A stretch of DNA of 63,899 nucleotides, filler included, from Octopus bimaculoides (lineage: Eukaryota): the NCBI RefSeq assembly GCF_001194135.2. It is 4 parts of 4 records of this genome, joined end to end, with 100 filler letters (N's around TTAATTAATTAA, not from the genome) between each part and the next. Parts side by side here need not be neighbours in the genome. Positions count along the whole stretch, not along the records: positions 22,133 to 51,324 come from NC_068996.1; positions 51,425 to 62,216 come from NC_068984.1; 2 more parts are not named here. One strand, written 5' to 3'. The position numbers were made by a program, and so were the translations under genes. Numbering within the stretch: position 1 is the first letter of the stretch; each line of letters begins with the position of its first letter. The notes under the pieces were generated by a model. The model made no database searches, was not told the DNA's origin, and saw only the letters and a list, made by a program, of their open reading frames with translations. Shown here in pieces: positions 41,790 through 53,392 of this stretch.

Positions 41790-42040
41790 ACTCTCGGTGA
41801 CGACGGACGGCGGAAGGAAATGACAGAGCGCTAGATTTTATTAAGTGAGCTTTTTTTTTTTACGTCCTGAGTTTAAATTATCACTGAATATATACATTTT
41901 GTCTTCCACTGGGTCTCAGTGAAATAAGTAGTACCAGTCAATTTTTATGATCGATCAAATCGATAACATTGACCTCTCTTCCTCTTCACTTCTTAACACT
42001 ATTTCTAGCCTTGTTCCTAACTTAGAAATAATTATTATTA
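41790..42040 (+). mobile_element. SINE family B, highly diverged
   Basis: acgtcctgagtttaaatt, gaaataagtagtaccag, gccttgttcctaacttagaaataattatt tail. Confidence 0.5.
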
Positions 42041-43320
42041 TCAATATGATGTTTGGATACTGCTTTGTGTTTGTATGAGCTAAGTCCAAGCTTCACCCAG
42101 AGACCTGAAGAGACAGCAAGTTATATCTTCAAGCGGGCATTATGACAAGGATAGCTGAGAGCGGCCATGTTTATGGAGAAAAATGTAGATCGGTGAGAGT
42201 GGTCTGTGTTTTGTGTACCTTGGATTCATAAGAAGTATTGTCTTAGAAAAGGTGCTTTTGATAATATGTGAAAGAATATTGTTTTGAAGTTATATAGACA
42301 GTATTCCTCGTAGGATATGGGCAATATTATTTCCTGAATTTCTTCCTTGTTTTGGGTTTTTTTTATAATTCTCTGAGATTTGAGAAAGATAATACTCAGC
42401 CCCTTTTGCTATTATTCTAGGGGCATCTACAACCACAGATATTTAGTCTTGAGTTTACCCGTTTTGCCAATTTCTCTTTCAAGATCTTTGTAGTTCCTCA
42501 ACTTTTGATAGGTTTTGACAGATATATTTATATCAGTTGAGACAATCATTTCAATGAGGAGGTATGATTTTCGTCTGAAATCTTTCAATGCAGTATCTGA
42601 CTTATTTTGCAACTATCTTTCTGTCAGTTTGAACAGAAAAGTTCCATAGGAGTGAAATATGATTTTTCGAACCCTGGAGATGGTTTGCATTCCCATCAGT
42701 TTTTATGGTGGGGCAGGTCCAGGTCCTTACAAATTACCCAAGGAATATACTGTGCAGCTCTATTGTTCCTGAGGTGCAAAAAGGATACACATGGAGACGA
42801 TGCGATCGATGGTTTGAACCTGTTTCTTACACACGTGGCATGATGGGTCGCTGCCGTTCTTTAAGATGTTTGATAGCTTCTTGTATGTAGGTATTGATTC
42901 TGGACTGTCATGATAACCACTTGTCTCTGATTTTAAGCAAGAGGACACTAAACATCGATGGGTAAGAGTTTTGTCAAAAGTTAGCTCTTTTTGGGTATTT
43001 GTCATGAAGTAGTTTTTCCTGTCGCTTGCCAGTAAGATTAATCAAAACAATATTTTTAGAAGGAGTTTTCATTTGCTCAACTTTTTCAGTGCTTCTTCTT
43101 AGTTCATCCAACTTGGAGATTTCTTCTTTTGGGAATTCGTCTCCTTTCCAGCAGATACCATATTTACTCTCTGACTGAATATTGTGAATCTTAGTCTTTG
43201 TGAGATTCGTTCTAATGGCTTGTTCCTGAGTGGCTATAATTAGAACTTCGGTCTTTCGTTTCACGTTTCGTTCTGTCAGCCATAGCTAGCGTTCTTTACT
43301 TCCAACATGCCCATTTTGTT
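42030..43320 (-). mobile_element. R4/Dong-like retrotransposon 3' fragments (zinc knuckle + REL endonuclease + 3' UTR); two pieces in tandem
   Basis: LKSETS...DPSCHVCKKQVQTIDRIVSMC (CCHC-like), SLLWNFSVQTDRK, KTYQKLRNYKDLEREIGK; second piece KRKTEVLIIATQEQAIRTN. Confidence 0.8.
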
Positions 43321-44719
43321 ACATAACTCCATTTCTTCCAATCAGCTTGCTCACTTGTTCTTCCATAAAAAAAGATAGCACCGGTTATGTAGTACCAATT
43401 ACACTCTTTCAAATTTCAGCACAGACATTGGAAACTATAACACTGAGTTTAGAAAAAGACATAGACACAACTGAACGGGCAAACACGTCAGGTACTTTAA
43501 CAAATGAAAAATAATATTTGAAATAACATCAATAGTGAAAGAGGCTGAAACACTTCAGAACTGCTTCACCTTCGGATAACATTGACTCCTGCATTCGGAA
43601 ACGAAGTGCAACAGCACTCTAAGCACATAAATGGTAACTCTATAATGGCAGGGTTTGCTAGCATTGCTAATCAGAAGGAGGTATTAGTTGTATTTCAACT
43701 TCCAGAAAATGACACACAAGAGGTGTGTGACAAAGTGCAGTGCTTCCTTGCTAAGGAATATATTGAGGAACGGACAAGACAAAGAGATAACCCACCTTTG
43801 ATTTTATGAAAACACATAGCTGCTACAAAGCAATAGTTGCGAAAAAATCTAGCTGTTGTGTGCTCTTGATCGGAACAGGGAGTATGAAAACGCGTGATTG
43901 TTCTTTAAAACGAAAGAGGGAGTGAGTAGTTAGAGTTGCTCTATCACAGATCTGTCCATAAACTGATGATGCTGTATACAGGCAATCGTAACCCAGGTTA
44001 CACCTAACGTCATTTGTAGGAACATTAGCTCTTGTTTTGACACCTTTGCGGCACAAAAGGGATAGGTGATGTGCGCAGTGGTAATACGAAACAACGAAGG
44101 GTGAAGTTTGCATGGACACGCAAGCTCCGATGACCCCTCTATCAGAAGATCGCAGAGCTATCCTGCAGAGAAAGAAAGTAATCAGATTGATGGTGCAGGG
44201 AAGAAATCCTATTTACAATGTTTGGCTTTCTGTTTTAAATAGCATTTGTCCAGAAAAACAAAGAATGAAAGCGGCTGAGAGTAGAAAAGGCAGTCAGAGT
44301 TCATAGACTACCGAAGTGGCAGAGTATTTGTAAAGATTAAATTAGTACTCTGTCAAGAATAACATGTAAACTGCCAAAAGGACGTGACAACAATTGGGCC
44401 CTGTCCAACACCGTGAATACTTATTTTCAAGAATACCGAATCCCAAAGGCAGAACAAACTAAGGTGACTGTTTCTCACTAACATGGGGACGGGTTGCTCT
44501 TATTTGTTTTTTTTTATATTCATTTATTGATATTTATATATATTTATTCATTTATTTTCTGTAATGTATCTATGTTTTTATACCAATTACTAATTTGTCT
44601 TAATATATCAAATAACATTTTAGTCACACCCTTTCTGTGTGTGTTTCTATGCATCCTCACACGTTTTTAACCCCTTTTCGTAACATGTTGTTTTATAAAT
44701 GCATGGACTCTTATAGCAA

Positions 44720-44735
44720 TTATTATCATCATCAC

Positions 44736-44820
<85 letters not shown>

Positions 44821-44828
44821 GCTGCTGC

Positions 44829-44900
<72 letters not shown>

Positions 44901-47055
44901 GATCATTATTATTATTATTATTATTACAGACGTTGCACAGTATCTGATATCATGAGGTTGTTGATTGAAGATATTGTGTCTACCGAGGTTTGTACTGTCT
45001 GTCAAGTGAAAATTAGGACCTCGGTCAGATAGTTCTATACGCAATATGCATGCAGTTCCAAGTAAAGCCGACTTTTGCAATACACCTAGATTGTAGGGTA
45101 TTTCTAAAGTTGCTAGTTTTTCTTCAGGCTGGGTGGTATTGAATCCAATGCTCCGATGACAACAGGGACAACCATTATGTTTGACTCACGTAGCGGCCAC
45201 ATCTTGGCAATCTCAATTCTCAGGTCTCCATATTTATCAACCTTTTCTCTTTCTTTCATGATAATATGTTGATCTCCTGGCAGTCACGTCGATTATTTGG
45301 CACTCATGTTTGTCCCTCCTAAAGGTTACTATCTGCGACCTTTGATGCTCTACCGCCTTGTCTGCTTGGAAGTCAAAGTCTCAGAAGATCTTTGCCTTCC
45401 CCTTTTCGTCCATTACCTTTTCCAGTATATGTTGGTACAAAGCACCCGTTATCTCCTATCCACTTCCAGTATAGTAGCCAGTGAAGGTTCTGCACTACCT
45501 TGTCATGTCTACACTTGCACTCTTTCAGCACAAGGCTTTCACAAGCACTAACAATGTAAGTCATACTTTCGACCCTCTTCCAATACATTCTGCAGAGGTT
45601 CGTTGCACTTGTGTGGTATATATCCCTTTACACTGAGTTGGTATTCAATGCCTGATCCTGGGCAGTGATGATTAAGCTTTCAGTCTTTTTTAAGGTTACC
45701 CTTGCTAAGCCACCTCTCTGATGCTTCCTGGTCTTTTAAGTTGTTAGTTTCACGGTGAAACTGGTCATGTAATTCCATGCGGAGTAGGTTTTCTTCTCTC
45801 TCGATGGTTATTCGTGATCGGAATTCATTAGCACTCTCAAGTCCATTGCTGGTAAATCCTTCTGCATTAGCAGCATACTAATAGCAGGTCTTGTTCGCTG
45901 TTTACCAAATACTCTACCATGCTTCTTCTTTCACTTTTCATGCCCTCCCGTGCGCTAATCAGGCCACGTCTTCATGTGGAGCCTATGTACGTTTGCCTTA
46001 GAGTGGAGGGTATCATGCATTGTCATTGTCTTTCGGATAGTGCGATCGAGTTGGTCAATGCTCGCTTGTGTCCGTTTCAAGATGGATGCATTATAGCGGA
46101 CTACAGCAACAGCCCATGTTGATAACAATCACAAGGTTACTTGCGTTGAGTTTTGGTTTCAAGATAATTTTGAGTTGCTTCAAATATGCAATGATGACCT
46201 TGTATTTCATTTCTCTGTCCAAGATATTATCCAGCTCCAGGATCCCAAGGTACTTGTACTCATCATCATCCGGGTCTTCCACTCACTCCCATTTAGCAAT
46301 TCTATGCCCCTACAATCTGTTCTTTTCCCCCATTTCAAAGTGAGCACCTCACACTTTGAGATATCGAATTCCATCTCTATATCCTTGCTGAACATCTGCT
46401 TAATCTCAGCCAGCCTCTCCAATTTCAGGTTCTGTTTTTGCGAACAGTTTTAGATCATTCACAAAGAGAAGGTAGTTGAAACGAGGTCCATTCTTTCTCA
46501 GCTCATAGTGCGTGTTGACTTTGCATAGAACTACAGAAAGTGGGATCAAGGCTATACCTAATAACAAAAACGAACAAGAATCTCCCTGGAAGATACCTCT
46601 TTTGATTGTTACCTCGGCTAAGTGCTGGTTGTTACAGAAAAGATGTGATTTCCAACTAGGCATGCTGTTCTTAATCAGTGCACACAAGCTCTCAGTTATT
46701 CTATACATGTCGAGTGTTTCCAGAATCCACGAATGCGGCAATGTGTCTTAAGTCTTTTTAAAAATCTATCCAGGCCATGCACAAGTTTTTGGCACCGTTT
46801 GCAGTTCTTCATTACAACTTAGTCTATCATAAGGTGGTTCTTGGTGCCCTTGGATCCTTTCATCATCCCTTTTGTTCTACTGGCAGAAGATTGTTTTCCG
46901 CAAGGAACGTATATATTTTCCCTGCGCGGACACTTGTTATCTGTTGATAGAATTTCATCTTCAATGCACGTTGGGATCGTGTGATTTCCCAAATGAAATA
47001 ATGACTTGGTCAAACTGCATGGACGCATCTTGATAGAGTTTCTTTTGAGCAAGCT
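44720..47055 (-). mobile_element. R4/Dong-like non-LTR retrotransposon, 5'-truncated (RT, zinc knuckle, REL endonuclease, 3' UTR, (TAA)n/(CAA)n tail)
   Basis: KGSKGTKNHLMID, PHSWILETL, IKRGIFQGDS, LLFVNDLKLFAK, YKYLGILE, IVSACESL...RHDKVVQNLHW, VIGALDSIP, LQKSALLGTACILR; many frameshifts. Confidence 0.92.
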
Positions 47056-47613
47056 GATAAGCTCTACCCATTAGCGCCTAAGCAGAATTTTCATTGAGAA
47101 TATAATGCGCCACTTGGTCTTGAACTCAGCCCATGACTTTATATTCTCCTGAGTCTAACACCTTAACGTCTAGGCAACTCTCCTTCATATAAAGATGTTA
47201 GGGTGGATAAAATTCACTGTAAATCATTTTTACAGATAGAAAATGGCTACTATCTAACTGGTCAAAAAAAGCCATTATTGATTATAACCATGCACTGATA
47301 TTTAAAAAAAAAATCACTAACTTTAATGATTAATATTTAAAATATGGATGTTAAAATCTCACACTCGTTTTCTTTATCTCTCATTCTGATTTCCTCTTTT
47401 TTTTTCTCCTTGTTTTTGCGGAGGTTTTTCTTCTACCTCGCTTTCTCAGCCTTTCTTGTTCACTCTCACTTGACGTGGACATATTGTGAAAACGTCGACC
47501 AGATTAAATCTGTCGATAGAAACAACGCCGTCACACAGACATGTTAATTCACATGTTAACGTGAAGGATGAAGAGGTGGAGGACCAGTCATTGACTACGA
47601 CTACAACTACTAC

Positions 47614-47642
47614 TGATGATGATGATGATGATGATGATGATT

Positions 47643-47682
<40 letters not shown>

Positions 47683-47688
47683 GGATGT

Positions 47689-47750
<62 letters not shown>

Positions 47751-47815
47751 CTGCTACTCCTGTGTTGTTTCTACTCCTACCTCCACAGCTGCTGCTGATT
47801 TATAGTATAACTGTA

Positions 47816-47867
<52 letters not shown>

Positions 47868-47870
47868 AAT
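47614..47870. repeat. (GAT)n and (AGAA)n microsatellites
   Basis: Simple repeats. Confidence 0.95.
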
Positions 47871-48491
47871 TATGAACATTTAATGTTGTTTTAGAGTCAA
47901 GTTTTGGCTGCTATTTCAAGCATGGTGGTAGCTCATAGATACCCTTAATTATAATTTTAATAATATATATATATAGGCAGATATGCATGTGTGTATGTAT
48001 GTATGTACGTATGCATGCATACATGCAGATAGGTAGGTAGGTAGGTAGGTAGGTAGGTAGGTAGGTAGGTAGGGTAAATCCTAGCTGCTGCTTCTCGAAA
48101 CACATCTGCTTTTTCCATTATGACAGTCAATATGTATCCATAGTTGGTGGTGTATGTTAATCAAAATGCATATTAAATTGAAAACTATGTATTATCTGTA
48201 CAGTTATCTTATAACAAAACGGAAAAGTGGAAATTCTTTGGTATTGTTTATTCACCATTACGCGTGTTTCATTTGTTGATAAGAATCACAAAAGATTCAT
48301 ATGTTAGATAGACATGTAAGGAATTTCCAATTAGAAATTCGTCAGAGAAAAGAAAAAATTTCTCTGACGAATTTCGATAGGAAATTCCTTACTGTTTAAC
48401 ATGTAAATTTTTGTAGTTCTAATAAGCAAATGAAACACGTGTTACGGAGAATAAATAATACCTATATATATACATACATACATATATATAT

Positions 48492-48563
<72 letters not shown>

Positions 48564-48604
48564 NNNNNNNNNNNNNNNNNNNNNNNNNNNNNNNNNNNNN
48601 NNNN

Positions 48605-48677
<73 letters not shown>

Positions 48678-49199
48678 TTGTATACATATATGCAGGCGTG
48701 TATGCTTGTCTGTGAAGATATGTATTTTTGTAAGTATGAACACATAAAGACATTCTGCAAAACGGGACCTGGAAGAATGCCCGGATATATATTAAATAGA
48801 CAATAGATTGTTAGATTGTAACGAAATCACCAAATGATCATACAAGGGAAAATAGCCAGTGAAATGTAAATAGATATCTGGAAACTGAAAACTGTTTAGG
48901 ACCTAAAAGTTGCTTTGAGAGAGCAAACAGCCAGAGTAAGTAATGCGAGGAATTCTATTTCAATTTTTTAACAACTCTGGGTCTATGTCTGTGTATGCGC
49001 ATACGCGTATATGTACTTGCATGTATGACGATGACCGCTGAGTGGCTAACTTTAAGTTCTGCTTTGACATTTAGCTTGGTCTCACGAGTGTAAATCATTC
49101 AGACGAACACAAGCAGGGTGTAGGATTTACTTATTATGTGAAACCAATTGTAACCTGCATATGATTACGAATCCCTCATTAGAAGCGTGGAAATACATA

Positions 49200-49241
<42 letters not shown>

Positions 49242-49340
49242 NNNNNNNNNNNNNNNNNNNNNNNNNNNNNNNNNNNNNNNNNNNNNNNNNNNNNNNNNNN
49301 NNNNNNNNNNNNNNNNNNNNNNNNNNNNNNNNNNNNNNNN

Positions 49341-49400
49341 NACCAGCATCGGTTGTCAAGCGATGCTGGAGGGACAAACAAACTCACAAACATATACATA
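49341..49400 (-). mobile_element. SINE family A internal fragment at a gap edge
   Basis: accagcatcggttgtcaagcgatgctggagggacaaac. Confidence 0.7.
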
Positions 49401-49866
49401 TACATACATATGTGTGTGTATGTGTGTGTGCGTGTATGAATGCATATGAGTGCGTGTGTTTATAGACAGACAGGTATAGAGAGGGGGGGATAAGAGTGAT
49501 AAGCATGCATGTGGATAGGTAATAAAGGAGTTTAGGAATGCTATGTTACTGGTGTTGATTTTTTAGCCCTCGGTCAACCCTGTTGAAATGAATCTATGAT
49601 GTGCAGCATTCTGTACATGGTCATCCCATCGGGGGTTTTTTAAATATATTGTTTTGTTCATATTATTTACCTAACACTGCATAACACATGATATTTTGTT
49701 TTATCTACGACAAAAGGTGCGACTTGAGGGATATTTGGCTGTTGTTTCTGGCAGGCAGACCCACCACGAAAGATACCCAATTCCTGAAGTTATTGGCACT
49801 GAATGAGTGAAGTAGGGTTGAGGCGGGAAGTATTAGCACAACTTTTATCAATGGTTGCTATGAGAA

Positions 49867-49869
<3 letters not shown>

Positions 49870-49933
<64 letters not shown>

Positions 49934-49989
49934 GTTATTATTATTATTATCATTATTACTATAACTATTATTATCATTATTACTATTAC

Positions 49990-50035
<46 letters not shown>

Positions 50036-50488
50036 GGGTTGACGGAATAATTAGTACCTCGGGCGAAAAGCTCAGCGGAACTTTGTCCGCTTCACGTTCC
50101 GAGTTCAAATGCCGCACAAACCGACTTTGCTTTCGGGGTCGATAAGTTAAGTTTAAGTGAAACTATACCCCTGCCCCTAAAATTTTAGACCTCGTGCCTA
50201 TAGTAGAAATTATCATTATTATTATTATTATTATTATTATTGTTGTTATTATTATTATTATTATTAGTAGTAGTAGTAGTAGTAGTAGNNNNNNNNNNTA
50301 GTAGTAGTAATAGTAGTAGCAGCAGCAGCAGTAGTAGTCGTGGTAGTAGTAGTAGTCGTGGTAGTAGTAGTAGTCGTGGTAGTAGTAGTAGTCGTGGTAA
50401 TAGTAGTAGTAGTAGCTGATGGCGGTAGTGGTGGTGGTGATGGTTTTGGCAGTGGTTACGGTAATAGTAGACGTTGTGTTAGTAGTAA

Positions 50489-50557
<69 letters not shown>

Positions 50558-51155
50558 AAAGAGTTGTAGTAGTGTTTCGTATTTGTGTGTCGTAGCTGTT
50601 GTANNNNNNNNNNNNNNNNNNNNNNNNNNNNNNNNNNNNNNNNNNNNNNNNNNNNNNNNNNNNNNNNNNNNNNNNNNNNNNNNNNNNNNNNNNNNNNNNN
50701 NNNNNNNNNNNNNNNNNNNNNNNNNNNNNNNNNNNNNNNNNNNNNNNNNNNNNNNNNNNNNNNNNNNNNNNNNNNNNNNNNNNNNNNNNNNNNNNNNNNN
50801 NNNNNNNNNNNNNNNNNNNNNNNNNNNNNNNNNNNNNNNNNNNNNNNNNNNNNNNNNNNNNNNNNNNNNNNNNNNNNNNNNNNNNNNNNNNNNNNNNNNN
50901 NNNNNNNNNNNNNNNNNNNNNNNNNNNNNNNNNNNNNNNNNNNNNNNNNNNNNNNNNNNNNNNNNNNNNNNNNNNNNNNNNNNNNNNNNNNNNNNNNNAT
51001 GGAAACGTTCTCTTTTATAGTAGATCCAATAATGGCGGTGGGAACTTCGGAGGCAGAGGGGCAGCACACATGGTATTTGAAGCTGTGGTGGTGGTGGTGG
51101 TGCCGGGGAACATATTGGCGCTTGCGTTTGTGGTAGAACCAGTAATAGCGCTTTG

Positions 51156-51203
<48 letters not shown>

Positions 51204-51324
51204 CAGCAGTAGCAGTAGTAGTAGTAGTAGTAGTAGCAGTAGCAGCAGTAGTAGTATGAGCATTAATTTTATTATTATTATTTATTATTATTACCATTAT
51301 TATTATTATTATCATTATTATTAT
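49870..51324. repeat. Large (TAT)n/(TAG)n/(CAG)n trinucleotide repeat field with gaps
   Basis: Multiple trinucleotide runs. Confidence 0.9.
50040..50215 (+). mobile_element. SINE family B inserted in a (TAT)n tract
   Basis: cgttccgagttcaaatgccgc...gactttgctttcggggtcgataag...ctcgtgcctatagtagaaattatc. Confidence 0.75.
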
Positions 51325-51368
51325 NNNNNNNNNNNNNNNNNNNNNNNNNNNNNNNNNNNNNNNNNNNN

Positions 51369-51380
51369 TTAATTAATTAA
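51369..51380. other. Artificial scaffold-join linker
   Basis: 44 N + TTAATTAATTAA + 44 N. Confidence 0.9.
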
Positions 51381-51514
51381 NNNNNNNNNNNNNNNNNNNN
51401 NNNNNNNNNNNNNNNNNNNNNNNNTATATATATAGTGAAGTATATTTGCCACAAATATACTTCACTTTATCGTGCAGTTACTGTTAATACCTCGTTCAGA
51501 GATTTAACATTGCC

Positions 51515-51559
<45 letters not shown>

Positions 51560-51563
<4 letters not shown>

Positions 51564-52207
51564 TTCACTGTTGGTTCTGTTGTTAATGGATATAGTCTTG
51601 CGCTGGTAAATATTTTTTTCAATGATTTAGGTTGCATTTTGCTTTTGATAATTTTGTGTGAGCCTAAAATTTTGTTCATTGTTTTATCTCTCGTAAGGAT
51701 GGGTAGATTTTGGATGATAATGTTAAAGGCTTCGTTGTTTCTAGGGTTATGTGTGGAGATGTATGGGAGTATTTTTAAGTCTGGTTTAGTATTTCAGTTG
51801 ACTTCCTTTAATGTTCGTATATCTATTTCCTTAGCTCGTTTAATTCCATCATTTATTAAAGATATTGGGTAATGTCTTTTGATTAGTATTGATCTAAGTT
51901 CAAAGAGTCTTCGTTCACGACTATAGGTGTCCGAAACTATGGTACAGATTCTTTTCGCTAGATTATAAGCTGTATTAATTTTTATGTGTTTGGGGTGGCA
52001 TGAGTTGAATAATAGGTATTGTTTAGAATCTGTGGGTTTATAGAAGATGTCTGTTTCGATGTGGTTATTGACTATTTTAATTAGGATGTCAAGAAAAGGG
52101 AGTTGTTTACTGTTGTGTTCCATGGTGAATTGTATGTTGCTATCAATATTGTCAAGCATTATTTTGAAATCAAGGGGTTTGATCATGCTGTCTTTCCAAA
52201 GAATGTA
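51560..52207 (-). mobile_element. Penelope-like element, RT C-terminal/thumb and linker region
   Basis: ILW...LDNIDSNIQFTMEHNSKQLPFLDILI...TDIFYKPTDSKQYLLFNSCHPKHIKINTAYNLAKRICTIVS...LIKRHYP, then in another frame LPYISTHNPRN. Confidence 0.88.
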
Positions 52208-52209
52208 TA

Positions 52210-52345
52210 GGCGCAGGAGTGGCTGTGTGGTAAGTAGCTTGCTTAGCAACCACATGGTTCCGGGTTCAGTCCCACTGCGTGGCACCTTGGGCAAGTGTCT
52301 TCTGCAATAGCCTCGGGCCGACCAAAGTCTTGTGAGTGGGTTTGT
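52210..52345 (+). mobile_element. SINE family A head (tRNA-derived, CORE-like)
   Basis: ggcgcaggagtggctgtgtggtaag (A box), gggttcagtccc (B box), ggcaccttgggcaagtgtc. Confidence 0.9.
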
Positions 52346-52887
52346 ATGGATGGATGGATGGATGGATGGATGGATGTATATGTATATATATATATATGCA
52401 TATGTATGCAGAGAACATACATATGCTAAAATACAAGACAAAGTGTTCGTTTAGGTTCCCAATTACCTCAAGTACCTCCAGGCCAAAAGTAACTGGGTAA
52501 AATCCGATTTTACAAGTCTATATGCTAAGAAATTTTTGTCCTCGAAATTCTAATTATATAGTACACCGACACAAAGAAATTTATTTAACTAAAAATTGTA
52601 ATTATAATTAAAACAGGTAAGTGGCTAAGTAAAACGAATTTGTAAATACCATATAGGAGTTGAAATACTTGCTAAAGATTGGTTATGCCGTAAGCACATA
52701 AGACCTTGCCGTTTCGAAAAGTTTGTTTCTCAGATGAGGTCTTGTAAAAACATCAAAATTCTTGTTTACTTCCGACATAAGCACTTTACTAATTAACTTT
52801 TGATTAGCTTTTGCAGACACAGGCCACCACTTGTCTCTTCCGAGTGTTTGTTTTAATTTAAAGTTTTGACATGATAATATTATATTT

Positions 52888-53110
52888 ATTTCTTTATTGA
52901 CTACAGGGGGGTGCTAAACATAGAGGGGGCAAACAAGGACAGACAAAGGGATTAAGTCGATTACATGCGTGACTGTACTTATTTAATCGACCCCGAAAGG
53001 ATGAAAGGCAAAAGTCGGCCTCCATGGAATTTGAACTCAGAACGTAACGGCAGACGAGATACCGCTAAGCATGTTGCCCGACGTGCTAACGATTCTGCCA
53101 GCTCGCCGCC
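52888..53110 (-). mobile_element. Full-length SINE family B with 16-bp target site duplication
   Basis: Complete head and tail; ATGATAATATTATATT at 52871-52886 and 53116-53131. Confidence 0.92.
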
Positions 53111-53156
53111 CTAATATGATAATATTATATTATTAATAGTTGCTAGGAGTTTACGA

Positions 53157-53392
53157 CGGAGAGTTAGTAGAGTCATTAAAACGTCGGGTACAACGCTGTG
53201 CAGTATTTAATGCAACTTTTTATTTATTTATTTTCAATTACGTTCTGAGTTCAAATCTTGCCAAGGTTAACTTCGCTTTTATATTTTTGGGGCCGATAAA
53301 ATAAGGTACCAGTCAAGTTTTGGGATCGATTTTATCGACACGCCCTCCCTCGAAATTGCTGGCCTTGCTTCTAAAGTAGAAACTATTTTGTT
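53157..53392 (+). mobile_element. SINE family B, diverged
   Basis: acgttctgagttcaaatcttgcc...gccgataaaataaggtaccag...ggccttgcttctaaagtagaaac. Confidence 0.7.

Noticed and set aside
47486-47875. 129-aa ORF with poly-Asp and KERK repeats
   Set aside because: Built from (GAT)n and (AGAA)n microsatellites
52210-52290. tRNA gene calls for SINE heads (families A and B)
   Set aside because: A/B boxes are present but there is no complete cloverleaf, and they continue into SINE bodies
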